A DNA stretch of 64,000 bases from Alphaproteobacteria bacterium (GCA_965243045.1 CBDETR010000004.1:759985-823984), one strand, 5' to 3'; counted from the stretch's first letter, positions 9,733 to 20,484 are shown. Numbers and translations are program-made. Notes: generated by a model from the letters alone, not told the origin.

Positions 9733-10719
9733 TTAATTTAATTGTGTTTCCCATGTAAGCGCAGAGGCAATGATTTTTTCTAAATCTTGATATTTGGGTT
9801 GAAAATCAATGATATTTTTCATATGGCTGTTATCCGCAATCAGCATAGCAGGGTCGCCGGCGCGTCTTGGGGTTTCAATTCTTTTGATGGGTGCAAGGTT
9901 GCTGATGGCATCTATTTCATTCAACACATCGCGCACCGAATAGCCTTGCCCATAGCCACAATTTAACAATTGCGATTGATTGGATTTCTGCATCAATTCT
10001 AAAATTTGGTAATGAATCTGCGTCAAATCTGAAACATGGATATAATCACGTACCCCTGTACCATCATGGGTATCAAAATCAGTTCCGAAAATTTCAATAT
10101 GCGGGCGTTTGCCTAAAACTGCTTGGGTGGCAACTTTAATCAGATGGGTTGCGCTTTTACTCATCTGCCCTGCGCGCAAATCTTTATCAGCCCCTGCCAC
10201 ATTAAAATAACGCAAAATGCCAAACCTTAAATCATAGGCATTGGCAACATCGCGTAACACCATCTCACTCATCATTTTTGAGGTGCCGTAAGGATTGATA
10301 GGCGATAGGGCATTTGCTTCAGAAACTTGCGAGACTTCAGGGGTGCCATAAACTGCTGCCGTTGAAGAAAATAAAAAATAGCGGACATTCTGATTGATTG
10401 CCGCTTGTATCAATTTACTGGTTTGGGCGGTGTTATTTAAGTAATATTTCAATGGATTTTCAACTGATTCAGGCACAACAACCGAGGCAGCAAAATGAAT
10501 GATACTGGTAATTTTATGTTTGGCAATGATTTTTTCTAAGGCATCTTGATTGCCAATATTTTCTTGATAAAAGATGGCATCATTGGCTAGTAACGCTTCA
10601 AAACCAGTGCAAAGATTATCAACAATCACAGGGTTGATACCAGCATCTCTTAAATTAAGCACCATATGTGAGCCAATATAACCCGCCCCTCCTGTTACCA
10701 AGATATTTTTATGTTCCAT
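9733..10719 (-). CDS. galE: UDP-glucose 4-epimerase
   Basis: VTGGAGYIGSH Rossmann motif, YGTSK catalytic YxxxK. ATG at 10717-10719 with an AAGGA RBS; the ORF-track start at 10773 is an over-extension. Confidence 0.9.
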   Translation of the reverse strand: MEHKNILVTGGAGYIGSHMVLNLRDAGINPVIVDNLCTGFEALLANDAIFYQENIGNQDALEKIIAKHKITSIIHFAASVVVPESVENPLKYYLNNTAQTSKLIQAAINQNVRYFLFSSTAAVYGTPEVSQVSEANALSPINPYGTSKMMSEMVLRDVANAYDLRFGILRYFNVAGADKDLRAGQMSKSATHLIKVATQAVLGKRPHIEIFGTDFDTHDGTGVRDYIHVSDLTQIHYQILELMQKSNQSQLLNCGYGQGYSVRDVLNEIDAISNLAPIKRIETPRRAGDPAMLIADNSHMKNIIDFQPKYQDLEKIIASALTWETQLN

Positions 10720-10912
10720 GATTTTCCTTAATGTTTTAGCATTTCTATGGCAATCACGAAAGTTTGTCAACACTATTGAATGCGTAACCTTGCATAGGAT
10801 ATTTAATCATACTAGCTTTGATGAGGTTGATACAGGCTATTTGATATTTCTGTATGGTTTGGCAGTGGTAATTTATGGGTTTTTCTTAATATAGAGGATT
10901 CAATTAAATTTG

Positions 10913-10949
10913 ATAAAAAAAAGGTCAGCGAAATTGCCGACCTTTTAGT
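10913..10949 (-). terminator. Rho-independent terminator downstream of the autotransporter gene
   Basis: On the - strand: GGTCGGCA-loop-GCTGACC stem followed by a T8 run (the + strand shows A8 at 10915-10922). Confidence 0.6.
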
Positions 10950-10968
10950 TGAGGGAATATATAAGAGA

Positions 10969-13419
10969 TTAAAATTTTGTTTGAATACCCGCAACCATTT
11001 CAATTTGTGAGAGGTTTGCTTGGTTTTGCAAATTTTTATCCATGCGTAATGTTGTAAAGAATTTGCTGTTATGGATAAGATTGCTTCGCACCTTGTCACG
11101 ATTAAGCGTTGGGATTTTGCTTTGATATGTCATCGCAAGTTGCTGATGGCGTTTTTTAGGCGCTAAATCATAGCTTTTGACAACATTGTTGAAGTTATTA
11201 TCCGCATCATAACCATCAACAGTGCTTTGATTTAAGGTGCCGTCTGTAATGCCCAACTTTGTGGCTAGGCTGATATTCAACGTATCATCTTTTTGCAGAA
11301 TATGGTTGCCTGTTATCCCAATTTGATATTGATTGGCTGCCAAATCTTTAACAGAGGCAAAGTTTTGATATGCCATATCAACATTACTTTGATAGCTGGT
11401 ATAATCAGCATAGAGTGTAAATGCTGTTTGTTGCGTATCTTTTTCATGGTTTTGCAATTTACGCGCCACACGAATATCGGTAAAACGAGACATTGTAGGC
11501 GATTGCAACGCATAAGCACCGCTGGTAGTTGCTCCCATAAATTGATTGGTTTCACGCAAATGCCCAAAGCCGATATTGATAGCTGTTTGACCTTTATTAT
11601 AGTTAATGTCAGTGCCTAGCTCACTAAAATCATTGCCTGTATCAAATGCGCCTTTGGCAGCATAAGGGGCGAATGAAACATATTTACCAAGCTGATGATT
11701 GGTTTGCAATTGTGCAATATCACTACCTGCTGGACGGATATCGGTAAAGCGCAAATGAGTTTCAGAACCTTTGTTGCTATCAATCAAAGTCAAATCATTT
11801 TGACGATATTTTGCACGATACGTAATATTGGCAGATGAAACGCCGCTTGCAAAATTTGCATTCATCCACGAATTATTGCTTTGCGTATCGTTGCTAAATG
11901 CTATTTTCGCTTGCGGGGTTAATTGTTGCGTTTGTGGTGCTTGGCTATTGAGATTCGCGATGTAATCATCTAAACCAAATGCAAGGGGCTTCAAGATGCT
12001 TTGCGTAGGGCTTGCCGTAAAGGTGCGATTGTAATCATCTTTTATGCCAATTTGCAAATCATTCACAACGCCACCAAAATGACGAGAAAGAGTTACTTTA
12101 CTATCGTTTAACAAAATGCCATCTGCCAAAGGTTGGTTGTTTGAAGAAACGGCTAATAACTCACCTTGTGGTTTTGATGCTTCATCTAAATTGAGCATAC
12201 CACGTCCGTAAACTTCATCAGTGCCTTCCGCGCCTAAATCATCGGCTGTATTAAGCACTAACGTTACCAACTCTTCTGAACTCATAGATGGGAAAGCACT
12301 TTTTAAGGCTGCCAAGGCACCGCTTACATGAGGGGCTGCCATAGATGTGCCGTGTTTTACACCGTGTTCTGTATCGCCATCGGTGGGAAGGGTTGAATGG
12401 ATAGAAACGCCAGGGGCTGCCAAACAATATTCTTTGGCGATAGAGCAACCATTGCTAAATGATGCAATGGTATTGTTGCTATCAACAGCCACAACACTCA
12501 GCCATTTCCCTGCTAATTCGCTTTCAATTTCAGCGTAACTGCCTTCAAAAGAAGCAACATTTGCATTATCAGCACCAAATAATTCAGTGGCTGAAATATT
12601 TTCTGTATAACCGGATAGGTCAGAATTTTGATAGACTTTTACGATACCATTATCGCTGTTTAATGCATTATTACCATTGGCAAACACAACAATTGTGCCA
12701 TCATTGACGGCATTTTTCCATGCGGTGGTAAGGGCTTCCCCCATTGTATGGTTAACAATGGTGCCATCGGTATCAATAAAATTTTGTCCTAATGGACGTT
12801 CATAATAAAGCTCACGGTCACCAAAGGTAACACGTGATATGGCTTGAGAACCCCAGCTATTATTCATCACAACAATATCTGAGCCACTGCCAGCATCAAT
12901 GGCATTGATGAGCTGTGCGCTGGTTACATCACTTCGCCCTTCATTATCAAAAATAGCGATAGGTTTAATCTGTGCATCATAAGCGACGCCATGCATCACC
13001 TCATCATTTTTATTGCCAGCAATAATGCCTGCAACATGGGTGCCATGCCCAGAACAATTAACAATACAGTCAATATCTGTATCACCATCTGAAGCATCAT
13101 AGCCTTCTAAAAACACATTTCGCAAGTCATTATGGTTGATAGCAAAAGGGCTATCAAGCACTGCAACAATTTGCCCGTCTCCTGTGCCATTTCTTGCATA
13201 AAGTGAAGATGCTCTAATCACATCTAAGTTATTTTGATATTCTTCAGTTTCAAAATCAGAGGCAGAGAGAGAGTTGTCAATATTATCATTATTATCATTA
13301 TTATTGTTGTTGTTGCTAGCTGTGCCACCGCCAGCACCACCGTCAGCACCACCGCCAGCGCAAGCTGTGAGTAGAATGCTGAGTGATAATGCTGCGAAAA
13401 TATGAGTTGCTTTTTCCAT
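10969..13419 (-). CDS. Lipoprotein subtilisin-family (S8) serine protease autotransporter (NalP/SphB1-like)
   Basis: Lipobox LLTAC. S8 triad motifs: VLDS (Asp), HGTHVAG (His), GTSMAAPHVSG (Ser). ~300-aa C-terminal beta-domain ending ...GIQTKF. Poly-G/poly-N linker after the lipobox. Confidence 0.85.
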   Translation of the reverse strand: MEKATHIFAALSLSILLTACAGGGADGGAGGGTASNNNNNNDNNDNIDNSLSASDFETEEYQNNLDVIRASSLYARNGTGDGQIVAVLDSPFAINHNDLRNVFLEGYDASDGDTDIDCIVNCSGHGTHVAGIIAGNKNDEVMHGVAYDAQIKPIAIFDNEGRSDVTSAQLINAIDAGSGSDIVVMNNSWGSQAISRVTFGDRELYYERPLGQNFIDTDGTIVNHTMGEALTTAWKNAVNDGTIVVFANGNNALNSDNGIVKVYQNSDLSGYTENISATELFGADNANVASFEGSYAEIESELAGKWLSVVAVDSNNTIASFSNGCSIAKEYCLAAPGVSIHSTLPTDGDTEHGVKHGTSMAAPHVSGALAALKSAFPSMSSEELVTLVLNTADDLGAEGTDEVYGRGMLNLDEASKPQGELLAVSSNNQPLADGILLNDSKVTLSRHFGGVVNDLQIGIKDDYNRTFTASPTQSILKPLAFGLDDYIANLNSQAPQTQQLTPQAKIAFSNDTQSNNSWMNANFASGVSSANITYRAKYRQNDLTLIDSNKGSETHLRFTDIRPAGSDIAQLQTNHQLGKYVSFAPYAAKGAFDTGNDFSELGTDINYNKGQTAINIGFGHLRETNQFMGATTSGAYALQSPTMSRFTDIRVARKLQNHEKDTQQTAFTLYADYTSYQSNVDMAYQNFASVKDLAANQYQIGITGNHILQKDDTLNISLATKLGITDGTLNQSTVDGYDADNNFNNVVKSYDLAPKKRHQQLAMTYQSKIPTLNRDKVRSNLIHNSKFFTTLRMDKNLQNQANLSQIEMVAGIQTKF

Positions 13420-13781
13420 GATTGCTTCCTTTATTAGTAATAAATTAACATTTACTTTATCAGATTAACATTTATTTAATATAAAGCAAGGGGAATGTAC
13501 ATAATATTAACTATTTTTTAATAATTATGATAATAATGTCGTATTATAGTTATAAAAGTCGTTATTTTTATATAAATGATACATTAACAGAAAAATTTAT
13601 TAAGAATCATTGGTAAATATTAAGAATCACTCGCCAATATTACATGAGGGGTTAATTATCCCAAACCAATCGTGGATTTGAAAATATCACGCGAACAGGC
13701 ATTGGCTACGTTTCAATCTTTGAAACAAATTCAAGGCTATTAAGCTATTTCATTATTCTTTGTGGTGTGAGTTGGTATGAT

Positions 13782-14477
13782 TTATAAATTAATGTTTCTA
13801 TTTTCTAGAAAACTTTTAATTTGCGTGGCGATATGCTTAGAAGAAAGATTATCAAGGGGGATTGCCCATGCTTGTTTTGCAATTTCAGGAGGCAATATGT
13901 CTTCGCGCAATTCTAGTAAATCAGTAAAAAATTCCGTTGTAAATTCGGGATGTCCTTGAAAACTTAACCCCCAATCATCATAGATTAATCCTGCATATTG
14001 GCAGAAATCATTATGGGCAATCACAGTGGCATTTTCAGGTTTTTCAATAATTTGGTCTTGATGCCATGATAAAATTGCAAATTCATCTGTTGCGGTTTGA
14101 TATGTTTTTTTACCAACCGCCCAGCCCTTTGAAAATGGTTCAACCTTGCCGCCCATCGCTTGCGCCATGATTTGATGCCCAAAGCAAATACCAACCATTG
14201 GCACGTTTTTCTGATGCGCTTCACGAATGAAATTTTCCAACGGGTTCAACCAATCATGTGTTTCATAGACTCCATAGCGCGAGCCTGAAATCAGCCAACC
14301 ATCCGCATCATTCACCGATTGCGGAAAAATATTTTCTAGCACTCGATAGCCTTTAACATCCCATTCATCATCATTGAAGAACCGCGTAAAAATCGTATCA
14401 TATTCACCGTATGTCTCGCTTAATTCTTCATGCAAAGGTCCGGTTACCAAAATGCCCAATGTAAATTTTTTTGTCAT
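13782..14477 (-). CDS. Class I glutamine amidotransferase-like protein
   Basis: GICFGHQ catalytic Cys motif. ~230 aa stand-alone GATase1 domain. Confidence 0.75.
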   Translation of the reverse strand: MTKKFTLGILVTGPLHEELSETYGEYDTIFTRFFNDDEWDVKGYRVLENIFPQSVNDADGWLISGSRYGVYETHDWLNPLENFIREAHQKNVPMVGICFGHQIMAQAMGGKVEPFSKGWAVGKKTYQTATDEFAILSWHQDQIIEKPENATVIAHNDFCQYAGLIYDDWGLSFQGHPEFTTEFFTDLLELREDILPPEIAKQAWAIPLDNLSSKHIATQIKSFLENRNINL

Positions 14478-14571
14478 GATGTTCCTATCACGAACATTAT
14501 CGATGATTTGTTATATTTGTCAATGGCTACTGATTAGATTATTTTCAACCCCCCCGTGTTTATTTGTATGC

Positions 14572-15609
14572 TTAAACCAATCGCCTATTGATAAGAGTTT
14601 GACGTGGCGAATGACCAAAGACCTTTCGATAAGCCATTGAAAATCGCCCAAGATGCGAAAAACCTACATCAAATGCAATTGAACTCACTAAGCTATCTGG
14701 CGGAAGAGATTGCAAAAGATAATGGGCATGGTTCAATCGTTGACGCTGAAGATATTGCATCGGGCTACATCCAAACTGTTTCTTAAAAGCTAACTGAAGG
14801 CTACGGATACAGCATCCCGCATGATTTGCAATCACAGATAAAGTTATGGGGTCGGTAATATTTTCCAAAATAAATGCCTTTGCGCGATTCATCTGGGCTG
14901 TAGATATCATACGCGCCTCGTCTGCAAAGAAATGGCTAATTGAGCTTCTTTGTGATTGCAGTAAATTTGTTATCAATTCTTCTTCTATAAGTGATTGATA
15001 TTTATGTGTTGATTTGCCGAAAGCAAATCCATTTTGAGCCAATTTCACCGACCCTATAAGGCTTTTTTTCCATCTGCTTAAACCGTAGGATAATAGCTTA
15101 AGCTCTGGGTCAAAGATTATCGATTGACTTAAATGGCGACCTAAAAGATTCTCGGCGATGGCATGTAGAGCAGAACGGTCTATCTGCAATAATAGTTTTT
15201 CGCAACCATGATTCCACGTCATTTGCGTTTCATGGGTTGCATTAAGAATTGACGCCGTACATTTTTTTGCAAACACTGTTTTACAACCATTTCGAACAGT
15301 CGCGAAGCCTTGCAATGGAACTTGTACCAAATAAAATTGTGATAATTCACCGGGATTGATATGGACATCACTTCCATAGCGAAGATAATTCAAAGAGAGA
15401 GACAACCCCTGAGCATGGTTATGACATACCTCAAAATTATTATATGTTTTTCCGGGTATCAGTTCATGGTCACAAAATTTACGAGCAACCTCTTCACGTG
15501 CAGTCTCTATATCGCGCGTTTGAAAAAGGCGATGTGCGCTAAGCGGTTCTGCTTGATTATATTTGGTTACATTCGTCATTTCGTTGATAATTCCCTCCCT
15601 CTGACACAA
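14572..15609 (-). CDS. AraC family transcriptional regulator
   Basis: C-terminal double HTH of AraC type (...IAFDVGFSHLGRFSMAYRKVFGHSPRQT). The start may be the internal Met at 15579. Confidence 0.85.
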   Translation of the reverse strand: MCQREGIINEMTNVTKYNQAEPLSAHRLFQTRDIETAREEVARKFCDHELIPGKTYNNFEVCHNHAQGLSLSLNYLRYGSDVHINPGELSQFYLVQVPLQGFATVRNGCKTVFAKKCTASILNATHETQMTWNHGCEKLLLQIDRSALHAIAENLLGRHLSQSIIFDPELKLLSYGLSRWKKSLIGSVKLAQNGFAFGKSTHKYQSLIEEELITNLLQSQRSSISHFFADEARMISTAQMNRAKAFILENITDPITLSVIANHAGCCIRSLQLAFKKQFGCSPMQYLQRQRLNHAHYLLQSLPPDSLVSSIAFDVGFSHLGRFSMAYRKVFGHSPRQTLINRRLV

Positions 15610-15786
15610 ATAATGGCAGAGATTTCATCAGCCCTTTCAATGTAGCAATGTTGAAGCTTAAGGTAAAGCAATTCTTAGACATATTTTTTTGCGTAATATG
15701 GATAAGGTATCTGCATAAACCATTATATATTTCACCTTCAAAGAGAAGATAATTTAAACATTTGAAATCGGATGAGGAGAATAAGT

Positions 15787-16563
15787 ATGAGAGGATTAGA
15801 AGGAAAAGTTGCCATTGTGCCAGGCGGAGCCACTAAAATTGGTGCCGCTATTGTTGCAGAATTTCGTGCAAAAGGCACAAATGTGATGGTTGCAGATATT
15901 AATGTTGAGGCAGGAGAAGCCTTAGTTAAGGATGGGGTAAGCTTTACCCAAACCGACCTACGAGATGACCAACAGATTACTGAGTTGGTTGCAGCCACAA
16001 AAAAGAAATTTGGACGTATTGATTTTCTGGTAAATGTTGCTTGTTCCTACCTCGATAATGGGGCGGAATCAACCCGTGCTGAATGGTTAGAAAGTTTGGA
16101 TATAAACATAATAGGCTCAGTCATGTTAATGCAAGCTGCACGTGCAGAACTTGCCAAGAATAAGGGAGCTATCGTAAATTTTGGTTCTATATCTTCTCGT
16201 GTTGCACAGACGGGTCGTTGGCTCTATCCTGTCAGCAAAGCGGCAATATTACAATTAACACGTAATCAAGCAATGGATTTGGCACCTGATGGTATTCGGG
16301 TAAATGCCGTTTCACCGGGCTGGACTTGGTCTAATATCATGGATGAACTCACAGAGGGAAACCGTGAAAAAACAGACAAAGTTGCCGCATCCTTCCACCT
16401 GCTTAATCGTGCGGCTCACCCAGAAGAAGTCGCCAATACGGTGCTATTCTTATGTTCGCAAGAGGCAAGCTTTATCACTGGCACGGATATTTGTGTTGAT
16501 GGTGGATATACGGCAATGGGACCAGAACAAGCAAAAGCAGCAATCCCTTTATTAATGGAGTAA
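15787..16563 (+). CDS. SDR family oxidoreductase
   Basis: GGATKIGAAI dinucleotide-binding motif, YxxxK (YPVSKAA). GAGGAG RBS 8 nt upstream of ATG 15787. Confidence 0.85.
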   Translation: MRGLEGKVAIVPGGATKIGAAIVAEFRAKGTNVMVADINVEAGEALVKDGVSFTQTDLRDDQQITELVAATKKKFGRIDFLVNVACSYLDNGAESTRAEWLESLDINIIGSVMLMQAARAELAKNKGAIVNFGSISSRVAQTGRWLYPVSKAAILQLTRNQAMDLAPDGIRVNAVSPGWTWSNIMDELTEGNREKTDKVAASFHLLNRAAHPEEVANTVLFLCSQEASFITGTDICVDGGYTAMGPEQAKAAIPLLME

Positions 16564-16567
16564 AATT

Positions 16568-18043
16568 ATGAAAGTAGCAATTATCGGGGCGGGTTTTGCT
16601 GGCCTTACAACAGCAAAATATTTACATGAATTTGGTCATGAGGCCGTAATTTTTGAAAAGGTTCAAGATGTGGGTGGCGTTTGGTCTGCCTCACGTGCCT
16701 ATCCGGGTGTTTCAACACAAAATGGCAAAGGCACCTATCATCTCTCTGATTGGCCAATGCCAAAAAATTACCCTGAATGGCCAACGGGGCAACAAGTGCA
16801 AGCCTATATGGAAAGCTATGTGGAAGCCTTTGGTCTCGCCCGATGTTTGCGTCTGAATACGGCTGTGACCAATGCGATGCAGGACAAAAATGGAAAATGG
16901 ACGATAACCACAAAAGATGGTGACGATATATTTGATTTTTTGGTGGTGGCAAATGGTATTTTCTCTAAACCATCCGTGCCAAAATTTACAGGTCAAGATA
17001 GTTTTCTTGATGCAAAGGGGCGGATTTGCCATTCATCAGAATTTACCAATTTAGATGATGCAAATGGTAAGCATGTGCTTGTGGTTGGTTATGGAAAATC
17101 ATCTTGTGACGTTGCGGTTGCCATAGCAAATAATACAAAATCAACGAATGTAATTGCCCGAGAACTTATCTGGAAAGCGCCTAAAAAATTGGGTGGGGTG
17201 TTGAATTACAAATTTCTTTTATTGAACCGATTGGGCGAAGGGTTATTCAAATATATTCAGCTTCGTGGCGTAGAAAAATTTCTTCATGGAATTGGTCGCC
17301 CCATACGTAATTCAATGATTGGCTCGGTGCAGTCACTTGTCATTGCCCAGCTTGGACTCAAAAAACTAGGGCTTGTGCCGCGTGGTTCGTTTGATAGGAT
17401 TGCCCGTTCCACTGTTTCGTTAACGACTGATGGCTTTTATAAAATGGTCAAAAAAGGCACCATTAAAGTTCATCGTGATACACAAATTAAGTGTTTTGAA
17501 ATGGATGGAACCCAAAAAATAGCTGTGCTTGAAAACGGAACGCGCTTACCCGCGGATATTGTAATTTGCGGAACAGGTTGGCAGCAGGAAGTGCCGTTTT
17601 TTGATAAGGCGATACAAAAAAGCCTGATGGATGATAACGACAATTTCATGTTGTATAATTGTGTTAAACCCATTGAGATTGATAATCTTATTTTCAATGG
17701 TTATAATTCAAGCTTCTTCAGTCCGCTTTCAACTGAAATTATTGCCCTATGGCTCATTGCCTATTTGGAAGATGATATACAGCTTCCTTCAAAAGATAGG
17801 CAACGCCAGATAACCACTGAACGGCTTGCTTGGATGGCAGAACGAACCGAAGGCAAACACGCACGAGGAACCAACATTATTCCATTTTCTATGCATCAAA
17901 TTGACGAACTGCTTGAAGATTTGCGACTCCCTATTGGGTTTATGCAACGCTTTATGGAATGGCAACTGCCTATTAAACCAACCGCCTATAAAAAAGTGAC
18001 AAAAAAGCTAAAAAAACGACTTGGAAAACTTAAAACAAAATAA
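16568..18043 (+). CDS. Flavin-containing monooxygenase (class B, FAD/NADPH-dependent)
   Basis: N-terminal FAD motif KVAIIGAGFAGL, second dinucleotide motif VLVVGYGKSSCD. ~490 aa. Starts 4 nt after the SDR stop. Confidence 0.8.
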   Translation: MKVAIIGAGFAGLTTAKYLHEFGHEAVIFEKVQDVGGVWSASRAYPGVSTQNGKGTYHLSDWPMPKNYPEWPTGQQVQAYMESYVEAFGLARCLRLNTAVTNAMQDKNGKWTITTKDGDDIFDFLVVANGIFSKPSVPKFTGQDSFLDAKGRICHSSEFTNLDDANGKHVLVVGYGKSSCDVAVAIANNTKSTNVIARELIWKAPKKLGGVLNYKFLLLNRLGEGLFKYIQLRGVEKFLHGIGRPIRNSMIGSVQSLVIAQLGLKKLGLVPRGSFDRIARSTVSLTTDGFYKMVKKGTIKVHRDTQIKCFEMDGTQKIAVLENGTRLPADIVICGTGWQQEVPFFDKAIQKSLMDDNDNFMLYNCVKPIEIDNLIFNGYNSSFFSPLSTEIIALWLIAYLEDDIQLPSKDRQRQITTERLAWMAERTEGKHARGTNIIPFSMHQIDELLEDLRLPIGFMQRFMEWQLPIKPTAYKKVTKKLKKRLGKLKTK

Positions 18044-18120
18044 ATTTTTTATTTTTATAAAGGCACGTCGCACCCCCATGAACATAAAAAATCCGTTCTT
18101 AGCTTTGCTCGCATAAGCGA

Positions 18121-19698
18121 TTAACGCAATTTTTGAATTGAGGCAAGCAAGCCTTGTGTTGAGGAATCTTCCGATGATAAAATCTCATTATTTTGCAATG
18201 TTGTGATGAGTGGCACCGCCAATTCTTTGCCCAACTCAACCCCCCATTGATCGAAGGGGTTGATATCCCATAACATGGCTTCAACAAACACTTTATATTC
18301 GTAAAGCGTAATTAAACGCCCAAGCGTGTAGGGAGTTAAAGCATCATAAAGCAATGTGGTTGACGGGCGGTCGCCATCAAATATGTCGTGCGCTTCAGAT
18401 GATTTAGTTTTCGATAGATTATTTTTGCCAAATGCAAGGGCTTTAGATTGCGCCAAACAATTTGCCATCAGCTGAATATGATGTTCTGGTAAATGATGCC
18501 CTGCCTTGCGTGCGAGTAGAAAATCCACCGGAATAATATCCGTGCCTTGATGCAATAATTGAAAAAATGAATGTTGCGCGCTTGTCCCTACCTCACCCCA
18601 AATAACAGAAGATGTATGATAATCTACCCTGCGCCCATCTTGTGTGGTTTGCTTGCCGTTTGATTCCATCATAAGCTGCTGCAAATAGCGGGGGAAATAA
18701 CTTAGTCTTTCGTCATAGGGAATGATTGCCATAGAAGAAGCCCCCATCACATTCCGACGAAATATGCCAAGCAATCCCATCATGATAGGCAGGTTTTCTG
18801 AGAATGATGATGTGTTATAAAAATGCTCATCAATGGCTTCCCCACCTTGAAGCATGGCATTAAAATTATCGCTACCAATGCGAAGGGCTAAAGGCAAACC
18901 AATCGCCGACCACAAGGAATAACGCCCGCCAATCCAATCACCAAATTGAAAAATTCTATCATCAGCAATGCCAAACTGTTTGGCTTTTTCAGTTTGAGTT
19001 GTAACTGCCACGCAATGTTTAGAGGCATCATGATTGCCAAGTTTATTCTGTAGCCATTGGTAACAGCTACGAGCATTTTGCATGGTTTCTGCGGTGGTAA
19101 AAGTTTTAGATTGAATAATCATCAATGTGCGTGCGGGGTCTAAACTATCTGTAATATCATGAAAATTTGTGCCATCAATATTATGGAGATAATGAATATT
19201 TAAGCCACCTGAATAGGCTTTGAGTGCATGGGTTGCCATTAAGGGTCCAAGATACGAACCCCCAATGCCAATCGATATAACATCTGTGAAAGGCTTGCCA
19301 TCATATGCGGTGATATCACCCATTCGAATGGCATCTGCAAATGATAAAAATTGCTTAAATAATGTTTTTGCATGGTCTTGATGAGAAATATAGCTACTAT
19401 TATCAGAATCACGCATGACCATATGCAATGCCGCACGCGCCTCACTTTTATTGATAGGTTCGCCTGCGAATAAAGATTTTATTTTTTCATGTAATTGTTT
19501 CTTGGTTGCAAAATCAATCAATCCTTGAATGGCTTCTGAATCAATTTTTTCTTTGGAATAATCCAGTAGCAAATCATCAAGGCTAAGTGAGAAATTATCA
19601 AAACGGTTGGCATCATTGTTAAATAAATCACGCAAATGCGTTTTTGCTAACCGCGCACCATGGGGATGTAAAATATCAGGTGAGATGGAATTATTCAT
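18121..19698 (-). CDS. pgi: Glucose-6-phosphate isomerase
   Basis: PGI signatures GIGGSYLGP and GGRYSLWSAIG. ~525 aa. Confidence 0.9.
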   Translation of the reverse strand: MNNSISPDILHPHGARLAKTHLRDLFNNDANRFDNFSLSLDDLLLDYSKEKIDSEAIQGLIDFATKKQLHEKIKSLFAGEPINKSEARAALHMVMRDSDNSSYISHQDHAKTLFKQFLSFADAIRMGDITAYDGKPFTDVISIGIGGSYLGPLMATHALKAYSGGLNIHYLHNIDGTNFHDITDSLDPARTLMIIQSKTFTTAETMQNARSCYQWLQNKLGNHDASKHCVAVTTQTEKAKQFGIADDRIFQFGDWIGGRYSLWSAIGLPLALRIGSDNFNAMLQGGEAIDEHFYNTSSFSENLPIMMGLLGIFRRNVMGASSMAIIPYDERLSYFPRYLQQLMMESNGKQTTQDGRRVDYHTSSVIWGEVGTSAQHSFFQLLHQGTDIIPVDFLLARKAGHHLPEHHIQLMANCLAQSKALAFGKNNLSKTKSSEAHDIFDGDRPSTTLLYDALTPYTLGRLITLYEYKVFVEAMLWDINPFDQWGVELGKELAVPLITTLQNNEILSSEDSSTQGLLASIQKLR

Positions 19699-19785
19699 AT
19701 TACGATAGTTTATAGTGGGTATTTATCATGGGCTTTATTTTAAGTGATTATCAAAAAAAGCACAACAAACAATAAGAATGATTAC

Positions 19786-20484
19786 TTAAAATTCGATATG
19801 TTTTTTAATATCAGTGGCAGTGATTTTTTTAGATTTCTTATATAATGCTGCCCGCCCTTGATCCATAATTAAATAATCATTGGCAATCAATGTTGAGAAA
19901 TTAATATTTTGCTCTACAATAATAAAAGCATGGTTTTGCTTCTTATAAGATAAAATAAAATTCTTAATATGGCTGATATTTTCGGGCTGAACACCTTCTG
20001 TAGGCTCATCAATAAGAATGATAGGTTTCTTTTCCGCCATGGTGCGTACAAAAGAAAGGATTTTCCGCTCGCCACCACTTAATGTACCCGCCATTTGTGT
20101 CAGACGGTTTTTCAAAATAGGGAATTTATCAAAAAATTCTTCGTAAATATCTAAATTTGCAGAATTTTGCATGAGCGTTAAATTATCATGCACTGTTAAA
20201 TTATCAAAGACAGGGTTTTCTTGTAAGGCACAACTTAAGCCTAAAGAAAATCTTTTATCAGAAGAATATTTGGTAATATCACTGCCATTTAGATAGACAT
20301 TTCCTTGAATGGTTGGCAGGCGACCTGAAAGTAATTTCATTAAACTTGATTTGCCAACGCCATTGCGCCCTAAAATACATAAACATTTGCCTGCGTCAAT
20401 GCTAGCGGATATTCCATTAACAATGATTAAATCGCCATAGCCACCAACAATATCCTTAAATTCAAAAATATGTTTCGAACTCAT
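19786..20484 (-). CDS. ABC transporter ATP-binding protein (LivF/UrtE-like)
   Basis: Walker A GRNGVGKSS, LSGGERK signature. Confidence 0.85.
   Translation of the reverse strand: MSSKHIFEFKDIVGGYGDLIIVNGISASIDAGKCLCILGRNGVGKSSLMKLLSGRLPTIQGNVYLNGSDITKYSSDKRFSLGLSCALQENPVFDNLTVHDNLTLMQNSANLDIYEEFFDKFPILKNRLTQMAGTLSGGERKILSFVRTMAEKKPIILIDEPTEGVQPENISHIKNFILSYKKQNHAFIIVEQNINFSTLIANDYLIMDQGRAALYKKSKKITATDIKKHIEF

Noticed and set aside
10812-11099. 95-aa ORF on the - strand
   Set aside because: It overlaps the 3' end of the autotransporter gene and its terminator. No RBS, no motif.
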